Source of the DNA: an uncultured Thermomicrobiales bacterium | GTDB lineage: Bacteria; Chloroflexota; Chloroflexia; Thermomicrobiales; UBA6265 | Direction: 5' to 3' | Length of the DNA stretch: 64,000 nucleotides | Assembly: GCA_902806325.1 (NCBI GenBank) | Contig: CADCWE010000031.1 | Location: 16,112 to 80,111, forward strand | Part shown: piece after piece, positions 10,334 to 18,600 of the stretch | Position numbering within the stretch: the first letter of the stretch is position 1 | Layout of the letters: every line of letters starts with the position of its first letter | Made by a program: the position numbers and the translations under genes | Notes under the pieces: model-generated | Seen by the model: the letters and a program-made list of their open reading frames with translations, nothing else | The model's database searches: none | Told to the model about the DNA's origin: nothing

Positions 10334-11617
10334 ATGGTGACTCTCGATCGACCGGCCAACGCCGACACGGACCCGATCGACGCTTGGGACGAGGAGGTGT
10401 TCGCCGCCATCGGCCGCGAGGAGCGGCGTCAGCGCGATGGGATCGAATTGATCGCCTCGGAGAACTTCACCAGCGCCGCGGTCCTGCGAGCGGTCGGCAC
10501 GGTGCTGACCAACAAGTACGCCGAAGGCTACGCCGGCAAGCGCTACTACGGCGGTTGCGAGTTCGTGGACCAGGTCGAGACGGTGGCGATCGAACGCGCG
10601 AGACGCCTGTTTGGGGCCGGGCACGCAAACGTCCAGCCGCACTCCGGCGCCAGCGCCAACATGGCCGCCTACCTGGCGTTGCTGGAGCCGGGGGATCGGA
10701 TCCTGGGCTTGAGCTTGCAAGAGGGCGGACACCTGACCCACGGTCTGAAGGTGAACTTCTCCGGGCGCTTGTTCGAAGCCCACCACTACGGCGTGGACCC
10801 GGCCACCGGCCTCCTCGATTACGACGCGATCCTGTCGCGGGCCAAGGAGGTTCGGCCCAAGGCGATCATCGCGGGGGCCAGCGCCTACAGCCGCCAGATT
10901 GATTTCGCCCGGTTCCGGGCGATCGCCGACGAGGTCGGCGCATTCCTTTTCGCCGACATCGCCCACCCGGCGGGGTTGATCGCCGCCGGGTTGCACCCGA
11001 CGCCGATCGGGCACGCCCACGTGACGACGACGACGACCCACAAGACGTTGCGCGGTCCCCGAGGCGGGATGATCTTGTGCGATGAGGAACGGGCCAAGGC
11101 GATCGACAAGAGCCTGTTCCCAGGGCTTCAAGGCGGTCCGCTGATGCACGTCATCGCCGGCAAGGCCGTCGCCTTCGGCGAAGCACTGCAACCGGCATTC
11201 AAAGACTACGCGCAAGCCGTGCTGGACCATGCTCAAACGTTGGCGACGACGCTCGCCGGGAGGGGCCTGCCGATCGTGTCGGGTGGAACCGATAACCACC
11301 TGATGCTGGTCGACGTCGGTGCGATGGGATTGAGCGGCAAGCGGGCCGAGTCCGTGCTCGACGGGGTCGGCATCACCGTCAACAAGAACACCATCCCCGG
11401 CGATACCCGCTCGCCGATGCAGACCAGCGGTCTTCGCCTGGGCACCCCGGCCGTGACGACGCGCGGATTCGGCCGGGACGATGTCCGGCGCGTTGGCGAC
11501 CTGATCGCCACCGTGTTAGAAGCCCCGCAGGACGAGCGGACCGCCGACCGGGTGCGGGAGGAGGTACGGGACCTGGCGACACGGTTCCCGCTGCCCGGAT
11601 TGGCGGCATCCGAGTAG
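10334..11617 (+). CDS. glyA: Serine hydroxymethyltransferase GlyA
   Basis: 'ELIASENF' and '[14 protein letters not shown]' (PLP lysine). ATG 10334 is preceded by AGGAG. The longer ORF from 9797 runs antisense through galE. Confidence 0.95.
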   Translation: MVTLDRPANADTDPIDAWDEEVFAAIGREERRQRDGIELIASENFTSAAVLRAVGTVLTNKYAEGYAGKRYYGGCEFVDQVETVAIERARRLFGAGHANVQPHSGASANMAAYLALLEPGDRILGLSLQEGGHLTHGLKVNFSGRLFEAHHYGVDPATGLLDYDAILSRAKEVRPKAIIAGASAYSRQIDFARFRAIADEVGAFLFADIAHPAGLIAAGLHPTPIGHAHVTTTTTHKTLRGPRGGMILCDEERAKAIDKSLFPGLQGGPLMHVIAGKAVAFGEALQPAFKDYAQAVLDHAQTLATTLAGRGLPIVSGGTDNHLMLVDVGAMGLSGKRAESVLDGVGITVNKNTIPGDTRSPMQTSGLRLGTPAVTTRGFGRDDVRRVGDLIATVLEAPQDERTADRVREEVRDLATRFPLPGLAASE

Positions 11618-11643
11618 TTGGTCGCCGCAACAGATGACGTGTC

Positions 11644-11676
11644 GAAGCGCCGCGCCCCAACTGGGCGCGGCGCTTC
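11644..11676. terminator. Bidirectional hairpin: 14-bp perfect stem GAAGCGCCGCGCCC/GGGCGCGGCGCTTC, loop CAACT
   Basis: Sits between the convergent glyA stop (11617) and the stop of the small minus-strand ORF (11696). Confidence 0.6.
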
Positions 11677-11695
11677 GGCGGTCACCGCCGGACAT

Positions 11696-12058
11696 CTATT
11701 GCAGGAGCAGCTCGAAGCGGAGTTCGTCGCGCTCGGAGGCGGTGAGGCGCCGATCGACGACGCCGATCAAGGCGGCGACGAGGTGGGCGACCTGGTGCCC
11801 AAGCAACGTCCCGGCCACGGCACCAGCGACCCCGCCGACCGCGGTGCCGAGGAGAAAGGGATAAACGGCATTGGCGCCGCGCCCGGCGTCCGCGATGCCG
11901 GCCGCGCGGATCTGGTCCTCGACCGTAGGGATGGTGCCAGGGATCACCCCGTTCCTGCCTTCCGCGATTGCGACGACCCCGACCGGCAACGGCGCCGTCC
12001 GGTTCCTTAACGTTGCCACCGGCCGCGGTGGCGGGGCGGTCGTGGGCGTCGGCGCCAA
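11696..12058 (-). CDS. Small hypothetical protein with glycine-zipper hydrophobic segment
   Basis: Strong G/C third-position bias in this frame only. Contains 'LLGTAVGGVAGAVAGTLLGH'. TTG start at 12058; an alternative GTG at 11947 has an AGGA SD. Follows rsfS on the same strand. Confidence 0.45.
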   Translation of the reverse strand: MAPTPTTAPPPRPVATLRNRTAPLPVGVVAIAEGRNGVIPGTIPTVEDQIRAAGIADAGRGANAVYPFLLGTAVGGVAGAVAGTLLGHQVAHLVAALIGVVDRRLTASERDELRFELLLQ

Positions 12059-12082
12059 TGCGCCACCGTGCCGCGGCGTTGG

Positions 12083-12436
12083 TTACTGGATTGCGAGCAC
12101 GGTCTGGGCGTCGGACCAGCGGTCTTCCAGACGGTAGAAGGCGCGCTGCTCGACATCGAAGACGTGGACCATCACCGCCCCGTAGTCGAGCACAATCCAG
12201 CCCGAGGCGGCGTCGCCCTCGCTGCGCTCCGAGCGAATCCCCGCCTCGGTCAGCTTGTCGCCGATCTCGCGAGCGATCGCGCGGAGCTGGCGTTCGTTCT
12301 CTCCGGAGCAGATCACGAACAGGTCGGCGATCGGCGAGAGGGCCTGGATGTCGAGCACGACCGTGTCGGCGGCCGGTGTGTCGGCGATCACGTCGGCGAT
12401 ACGCAACGCGAGATCCCGGCTTTGGGGATCCGCCAT
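12083..12436 (-). CDS. rsfS: Ribosomal silencing factor RsfS
   Basis: 117 aa from ATG 12436, with 'VVLDIQALSPIADLFVICSGENERQLRAIA' and 'WIVLDYGAVMVHVF'. The upstream part of the longest ORF reads through tRNA genes. Confidence 0.9.
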   Translation of the reverse strand: MADPQSRDLALRIADVIADTPAADTVVLDIQALSPIADLFVICSGENERQLRAIAREIGDKLTEAGIRSERSEGDAASGWIVLDYGAVMVHVFDVEQRAFYRLEDRWSDAQTVLAIQ

Positions 12437-12595
12437 CGCGACGATAGACTCGCTGTCCTCGTCGTCCACGCCAGCGGCGGGACCGAGGAGGGCTTCTTCT
12501 TGGAGTGGCGAAATGGTCTCGGTATCGATGCCCGGCCTCCTCGGCTCCTTCGATACAGATGTACGAACACAACGAACGGACTTGCCGTCGCCCCA

Positions 12596-12601
12596 AGTAT
12601 A
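12596..12601 (-). promoter_or_regulatory. -10-like TATACT (minus strand) upstream of rsfS
   Basis: AGTATA on the plus strand, 160 nt upstream of the rsfS ATG and just downstream of tRNA-Met. Confidence 0.3.
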
Positions 12602-12636
12602 CGGCGGGGCAGGAGCGGCCACAAGGCCGGCCGCGG

Positions 12637-12708
12637 TGGGCCCGGCAGGGATCGAACCTGCGACCCTGGGGTTATGAGCCCCGTGCTCTGCCGCTGAGCT
12701 ACGGGCCC
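12637..12708 (-). tRNA. tRNA-Met (anticodon CAT); could also be a lysidine-modified tRNA-Ile2
   Basis: Reverse complement is GGGCCCGTAGCTCAGCGGCAGAGCACGGGGCTCATAACCCCAGGGTCGCAGGTTCGATCCCTGCCGGGCCCA. It folds as a cloverleaf with a GTTCGATCC T-arm and a paired 1:72 position, so it is not an initiator. CCA is not encoded. Confidence 0.9.
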
Positions 12709-12743
12709 GCGCGACGCCCGGTCGAAGAGCCGGCGGTCGGGCC

Positions 12744-12752
12744 ATGCTACCA
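12744..12752 (-). promoter_or_regulatory. Extended -10 element TGGTAGCAT (minus strand) upstream of tRNA-Met
   Basis: ATGCTACCA on the plus strand, 36 nt upstream of the mature tRNA 5' end. Confidence 0.45.
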
Positions 12753-12862
12753 CGCCGGCCCAATCCGTGGGCGAACCAGGACGACCGGTCTGGTCGGCGA
12801 GCGGTGCGCGCGACGGGGAACGAATTCCGCTCGCCGAGTAACAGCCGTCGACCGTTACCGGG

Positions 12863-12935
12863 AGCGGGGGACGGGACTCGAACCCGCGACAACCTGCTTG
12901 GAAGGCAGGCACTCTACCAACTGAGTTACCCCCGC
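12863..12935 (-). tRNA. tRNA-Gly (anticodon TCC)
   Basis: Reverse complement is GCGGGGGTAACTCAGTTGGTAGAGTGCCTGCCTTCCAAGCAGGTTGTCGCGGGTTCGAGTCCCGTCCCCCGCT. Anticodon loop is CTTCCAA. CCA is not encoded. Confidence 0.92.
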
Positions 12936-12962
12936 GAAACGACGGGCGGGCCGAACGGCCGG

Positions 12963-13036
12963 TCGGGGTGAGAGGATTCGAACCTCCGACCTCAGCGTCC
13001 CAAACGCCGCGCGCTGCCAGGCTGCGCCACACCCCG
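12963..13036 (-). tRNA. tRNA-Pro (anticodon TGG)
   Basis: Reverse complement is CGGGGTGTGGCGCAGCCTGGCAGCGCGCGGCGTTTGGGACGCTGAGGTCGGAGGTTCGAATCCTCTCACCCCGA. It lies 27 nt upstream of tRNA-Gly and is probably co-transcribed with it. CCA is not encoded. Confidence 0.92.
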
Positions 13037-13068
13037 AAGCGGACGGCCCGTTCCCCGTCGCGGCGACG

Positions 13069-13077
13069 AGTATAGCA
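13069..13077 (-). promoter_or_regulatory. Extended -10 element TGCTATACT (minus strand) upstream of tRNA-Pro/tRNA-Gly
   Basis: AGTATAGCA on the plus strand, 33 nt upstream of the tRNA-Pro 5' end. Confidence 0.55.
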
Positions 13078-13097
13078 GCCCGGCGGTCGCCGGGCTG
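13076..13097 (-). terminator. Hairpin after the 829-aa membrane protein gene: 9-bp stem CAGCCCGGC/GCCGGGCTG, 4-nt loop
   Basis: Lies 17 nt past the stop at 13114 and abuts the tRNA promoter element. Confidence 0.4.
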
Positions 13098-13113
13098 CGC
13101 TGGTCCGATGCCG

Positions 13114-15603
13114 TCAGACCGACCGGCGCAGGATCGCGACGTCCCCTTGGTCGAAGACCGTGCTCCATCCGGCGCCGGTGAGCGCGGAAAAGTCGCCCAC
13201 CTCGTAGGGAGGCGCGGGCGGAACGAGACAATCCCGGGAGACCCCCTCGCCGCGTTCGAGGTTCCCGACCACGAGCAGGGTGACGCCGTAGCGATCGAGC
13301 AACGCCGCGTCGGCCCGCTCGTACATCGTGGCGACGTCGGCCCGGCGGGGTTCGATCTGCGCCGCGAGTTCGGGCTGGCCGGAGCGCCACTGGCCTTCGT
13401 GGCCCGTCCAGCCGATCACGGTCGGCACCCCGGTGAACGTGGCGAAGCGGGCGAACAACGAGTTGTAGGTGCAGCGGCTGCTCGCTTCCAATAGCACGTC
13501 GTCCTCGTCGGCGTTGGCGCGCAGCCAGCGGATCGCCGCCGCCTCGTCGGGGAAGGCGTCTTCGACGTGCGCCAGCCCATCGAGGCCCCGCCAGCGGGCG
13601 AACTCGCCCGTCCAACGGTAGGAGGCGATGACCGGGTAGACCGACGCGGCGACAACCGCGACCGCGACCGCGCCGAACAGGGCCGGCCGAGCCGCCCACC
13701 GGGGGCGGGCTTCCCGCCACAGTTCGACGGTCGTCAGCGCCGTCGCGATCCCGAACAGCAGCCAAACCTGGTAGTACGCCTTGAACACCGTGTTCATCCG
13801 GCTGGCGCCGAAGCTGTCGCGGAGATAAAAAAACTCGCAGACCAGGATCAGACCGAAGCCGGCCGCGTACAGCATCGTTGCCGCGTTGCGCGGCGTCGGC
13901 GCGCGGTCGCGTTGCAACAACGCCAATGCTGCGACCAGGGGCACGCCGCAGAGCAGCACCACCGGCGCCGGCGTCGCCACGGCCACGCCGAAAAGGACGA
14001 GCGCTCCGATGCCGACCCTTTGGGCCCAGGCGCGACTCGGGCGACGGGGGACGAGCAAGCCGAGGCGGCCGCCGATCAGCCAGATCGCGAAGACGTACGG
14101 CAGCCCGAACATCGTCAAGAACTCGCCGGTCGAGGTCCGTTCCCACTCCACGGCGCCGATCGTCGTCAGGATCCGGGTCAGGACCGGGATGTCGCGCAAC
14201 CCCTCCGCCAACTGTTCGGGGCTGCCCGCCAAGAGCGGAACGAAGCGGACCCAGAACGGCGACCAGGCCAGGACCGAGACGGCAACCGTGCCGAGACCGG
14301 CCACGAGCCGGAACCCCGGCGCCAAGGTCGGCGATCCGAACCACAGCGCCGCCAGCGCGATCACGAGGAAGGTCGGGTAATCCCACGAGTTCAGCGGGTA
14401 GAGCGCGCCGAGCGCGACCGCGGCGATGCCGAAGTAGACCCAGGCGTCGCGCCCCGCGGCGAGACGCGCCCGGCGCGAGCCAAGTGTGGCGAAGGCGAAG
14501 GCGATGCTCAACGCCAGCGTGGTAAACGGCAGCGACATGACGTGGGGATGGTTGTCGCCGAGCAAGAAGCTGAAGAACGGGAATTCGTCGATCACGGTCC
14601 CGGGAACCCGTTCGTTGCCGACGATCCGGTAATCGACGATCACCCGGCTGGCGTTCCAGCCGATGCCTTCCCACCAGCCTTGGCGCCACGTTTCGCCGGG
14701 GTCGGCGAGGAACTCCCTGGCCCCGTACAGGTTCCCGCCAACCATGACCAGGAACGACGCGAGGAGCGCAGCAATGCCGGAGCGCCGGGCGGAGAGGCGT
14801 CCGCGGGAGGCGTTGAAGGCCAGCCCGCCGACGGCGACGACCGTGGTGCTGAACGTGGTGACCAGGGCCAGGTTATGGGCGACGGAGGAAGCCACCACGG
14901 CGAGCCGCCCGACGGTGCCGTGGATCAGGTAGCCGAGATAGTAGTAGTTGATCGGTTCGCCAGCGAACCACGGATCCGGAGGCGGCATCTCGACGGCGCG
15001 CTGACTGGCGGCCAGCAACGCGGCGTCCATCGGCTTCTCGGTGCTGTCCGCCGCCGGGGTGAAGCCGCGCAGCCAGAGATAGGCGAGGAAGACGCTCAGC
15101 GAGAGCAGCTCCGCGACCATGAGTCCGCGCAGCCACCCCTTGTCCGGCCGGCCACGGCTCAGGAGCAGCCCCCAGGAGAGCACCGAAAGCATCGCCATGG
15201 AGAGCCACAACCCGGCGGTGGAGTAGGGGACGGGCGACAGACTGCTGAGGAGCCAGAGCGGGAAAACGACGCCGAGCAGCGCCACCGCCCGCGCCGCGGA
15301 CGCGCCACGATCGGCCAGGTGGCCGAGCAGGAAATGGGCGATCGGCGCCAAGCCCCAGGTGGCGACAAGCAGCACCGCGTACCACCGAGCGGCTTCCGGA
15401 ACCCAGTTCACAGGCGCACCTGACGCGACGGCAAGCCGTTCATCCGCTACCGCCTGCGGCCACCCGGTAAACGGTTGTCGCGCCTTCCTGAAAAACAACC
15501 TCGAGCGCCGTGCCGACCATTTCGTCGAAGGCGGCGAGGCCATCGGCGGAGGCGTAAGGCGCGCCGTCGTCGCCCCGCCATTTGCGCTCGATGTCGCCGA
15601 CAA
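13114..15603 (-). CDS. Polytopic membrane protein of the DUF2298 / 'Chlor_Arch_YYY' type
   Basis: Up to 829 aa with many TM segments. Motifs: 'STEKPMDAALL', 'PPPDPWFAGEPINYYYLGY', 'IDEFPFFSFLLGDNHPH'. The longest-ORF start (15603) overlaps the upstream gene by 164 nt. A GTG at 15411, after CAGGTG, would remove the overlap. Confidence 0.8.
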   Translation of the reverse strand: MSATSSANGGATTARLTPPPMASPPSTKWSARRSRLFFRKARQPFTGWPQAVADERLAVASGAPVNWVPEAARWYAVLLVATWGLAPIAHFLLGHLADRGASAARAVALLGVVFPLWLLSSLSPVPYSTAGLWLSMAMLSVLSWGLLLSRGRPDKGWLRGLMVAELLSLSVFLAYLWLRGFTPAADSTEKPMDAALLAASQRAVEMPPPDPWFAGEPINYYYLGYLIHGTVGRLAVVASSVAHNLALVTTFSTTVVAVGGLAFNASRGRLSARRSGIAALLASFLVMVGGNLYGAREFLADPGETWRQGWWEGIGWNASRVIVDYRIVGNERVPGTVIDEFPFFSFLLGDNHPHVMSLPFTTLALSIAFAFATLGSRRARLAAGRDAWVYFGIAAVALGALYPLNSWDYPTFLVIALAALWFGSPTLAPGFRLVAGLGTVAVSVLAWSPFWVRFVPLLAGSPEQLAEGLRDIPVLTRILTTIGAVEWERTSTGEFLTMFGLPYVFAIWLIGGRLGLLVPRRPSRAWAQRVGIGALVLFGVAVATPAPVVLLCGVPLVAALALLQRDRAPTPRNAATMLYAAGFGLILVCEFFYLRDSFGASRMNTVFKAYYQVWLLFGIATALTTVELWREARPRWAARPALFGAVAVAVVAASVYPVIASYRWTGEFARWRGLDGLAHVEDAFPDEAAAIRWLRANADEDDVLLEASSRCTYNSLFARFATFTGVPTVIGWTGHEGQWRSGQPELAAQIEPRRADVATMYERADAALLDRYGVTLLVVGNLERGEGVSRDCLVPPAPPYEVGDFSALTGAGWSTVFDQGDVAILRRSV

Positions 15604-18600
15604 CGACGTACTCGACGTCGTACCGGCGCAGGATCGCCATCTTGTCGACCGGTTCGGTCGCGTTGTAGAGCGCCCGCAGATCTGCCACCCGCTCTTGGAG
15701 CCCTTCCGGGTAGCGCTGCTGGGAAAGGTGGTAGTCCCACCCGATGACGACCGGTAGGCCGGTGGCGATGGCGATCCGGCTCCCGTTGCCGCGGTACCCG
15801 CCGATGGCCGCTTCGGCGATGACGGGCGACCCGACGACGTGCTTGTTCAGCCAGTCGATCGCCGCCCGATCGCCGGCGAAGGAGATCTGTTCGGTGATCG
15901 CGGCGCCCGTGGCGTCGCGCCGCCCGGTCTCCACGGTCAGCGTGCCGTAGTCCATCCAATCGAGCCCATTCAGGGTTTGCGAGCCGAGGTCGTCGGTAAA
16001 GCGTTGGCGGAGACGGGGCCCGGTCGCGGTGACCGGGTAGACGAGGGACGCGGCCACGACCAGCACGGCAAGTCCCAGCCCCGCCCGGGACCATAGGGCG
16101 ACCGGCGACAGCGCGGTATGAGTACGGACCCAATCGTCATCGCGCGTCCCGGCGCCCAATCGCGACGCTGGGCCTACGATGCCAAGGGCGGCGGCGTCGG
16201 GTCGATCCCCACCCCCTCTGAGACGCGCGTCGGCGAGCATCCGGACGACGAAGGCGGCGGCGGCGATCGCCAGCAAAACCCATATCTGGTTGTAGAACTT
16301 GAATACCGTGTTCATCCGCTCGGCGTCGCCGCCGGCCAGGTTGTCGGCCACAAAGACGACCTCGATCCCGGCGGCCAGGGCGCAGGCGGTGCCGACCATC
16401 AGGCCGACGAATCGTTGGCCGATTCCCGTTCCAAAGACCCAGACGGCAACCGCCGCCGTCGCCATCGCCAGGGCGAGCGCCATGGTCGGCCGGTCCACCG
16501 CGAGCGCGGCACCGGCGGCGGTCAGCCCGGTTGCCAGGCCGCCGCGACCGGCCAGACGCGCCGTGCGGTCGTTTCGGCTGCCGATCGCGTACCAACCGGC
16601 CAATCCAAGAACGGCGGCGATCGTGGTGACGAATGCGGTCGTCAGGGCGGACGCGAGCGGCTCGTCGTTGCCCAGCACGGAGCCGCGGACGATTAGGATC
16701 GTCGCCAGCACCAGGAGGGGAAGGGCGGGATCGAGCAGCGGCGCGCCGGAGACGGAAATCCAGGCCACCAGCGCGGCGACGATCCCGATTCCCACCAGGA
16801 GCAGCAGTCCACCCAGGTGGTCCGCAAACTGCCAGAACGGCGACGGCACCCGCGTTCGCCCGAGTGACCCGAACAAGGCGACGTAGTGGGTGTGGAAGGG
16901 AAGGAATAACGCATAGGCCAGGGCGCCAAGTCCGGTCGCGAGACCGGCGGCAACGCCCAAGCGAACGGCCAACGGGCGGATCGCCGAGGTGGCCATAAAC
17001 AGGGCGGCGGCAGACAGGCCGAGGTACGTCGGCACGTCCCAAGCGTTCGTTGGCATCAACGACCCGACCGCAATCGCGAGTAGCACCAGACGCACGGTCA
17101 GGGCGGCGCCCAGGGCGGGGCGGCGGCGTGGCCGGCGCAACGCCAACGCCAATCCACGCGGATCGCGGGCCAGCGCATAGCCGATGGCGAGGACCAGGAC
17201 CGTGATTGGCAGCGCGACGACGTGAGCGTGGAGATCGGCGTAAAGGCCGGTGAAGAACGGGAACTCCGTGATGGTGTTATTGCCGAGGATCAGTCGGGTC
17301 GGATCCCAGGTGTAGTACCCGAACCCATCGCCGACGTCAGCCGGGCGGCGGAGGTACTGCACCAATCCGTCGAGGTTGCCGATCCCGACCAGGAAGAGCA
17401 CGCCGAGCGCGCCGGCCGGGATGGCGTAGCGGGCGCGGTGCACGAGATCCCGGCCAATGGTGGCGGCGAGGGCGAAACCGGTGCTGGCCAGCAACGCGAG
17501 CATGGTCGGCTGGGCGAGGTTGAAGGCGATCTCGCTCGGGATGCCGGTCACCTTGGCGCAGAATGCGACCAGATACAGACCGTAATAGTAGTAGTTGATA
17601 TACCCGCCGGCGTACCACGGATCGAGCGGCGGGAAGTGGGCGGAGCGGAGGATGCCGTTGAGGTGGGCGAATTCCATCGGCTTTTCGCCGCCCCAGATCG
17701 GGTGCCAGGAGTCCGGGTTAAGGTAGCGGAACAGGAGGAAAAGCGCGAAGACGAGCCAGAACGCCGCCTCGGTCCCGAGCGCGGTTCGCCGTTGTGCCGG
17801 GCGTACGGTCCATAGTTTCGTGCGTCGACGCCACCGTTCGCGGGCCGCCCAGCCGACAGCCGCCAGAACGAGGAGCGCCGCGGCGGCCCAAACCGCGCGG
17901 AAGGCGAAGAGGGGCAGGCTGGCCCCGATCCAGACGACATATCCCCCAAGAGTAAGAGAGATCAGTCTCGCAAACCCCCAGCCGGCATCGGCAAACCGGC
18001 CAAAGACCAATCCGGCGAGCGGCCAGCCGACGATTTGGAGGGCAGCAAGCAGGATCAGCCAGGCGCCTAGGGCGACCCAGGAATTGGAAGTCCAGGCGGC
18101 GCTCCACCGGGCGTCCGCGACCACCGGCAGTTCGCCGACCGGCTCATCGAGTTGGAGTTTGGTCTCCGGAGCGTGACGGGTGGGGCTGACCGGCGCCGCC
18201 GTCGCGTCCGCGAACAGCGCCGCGAAGGTTTCGCGATCGACCAGCCTTTCTTTCGCGAAGATGAGGACCCGGGGGTGGTCATAGTTGATGAACGATTCGT
18301 CGGCGTCGTGGTCGGAGATCGAGAACGGCCCGAGACTGGGGTAGCGGGTGAACTCCTTCTCTAACCGAAAGCCGAGTTCTCCGCTCTCCAAGAGGTCGTA
18401 GAATCGGGTCTGGACCGGGTAACGCCACGGGGAGCGGGGAACCGAGTCCATGACCCGGTTTGATGAAACCACGTAGTAGTCCACCTGGTCCAACCCGCGG
18501 TAGAGCATCTCGGTCGCCTGGGCGTCTCCGGTCGCCTCCAAGGCGGCGGCGAGTCGGTCGAGCGACGGGGCGATGCGTTCCGCCGGGTCAACCGTCGCCT

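Noticed and set aside
13567-15423. A 618-aa plus-strand ORF opposite the 829-aa YYY membrane protein. Similar ones occur at 16118-16696 and 19292-20449.
   Set aside because: The translations are extremely Arg/Glu/Asp/Pro-rich with no hydrophobic core. The minus-strand frames carry the conserved family motifs and TM periodicity.
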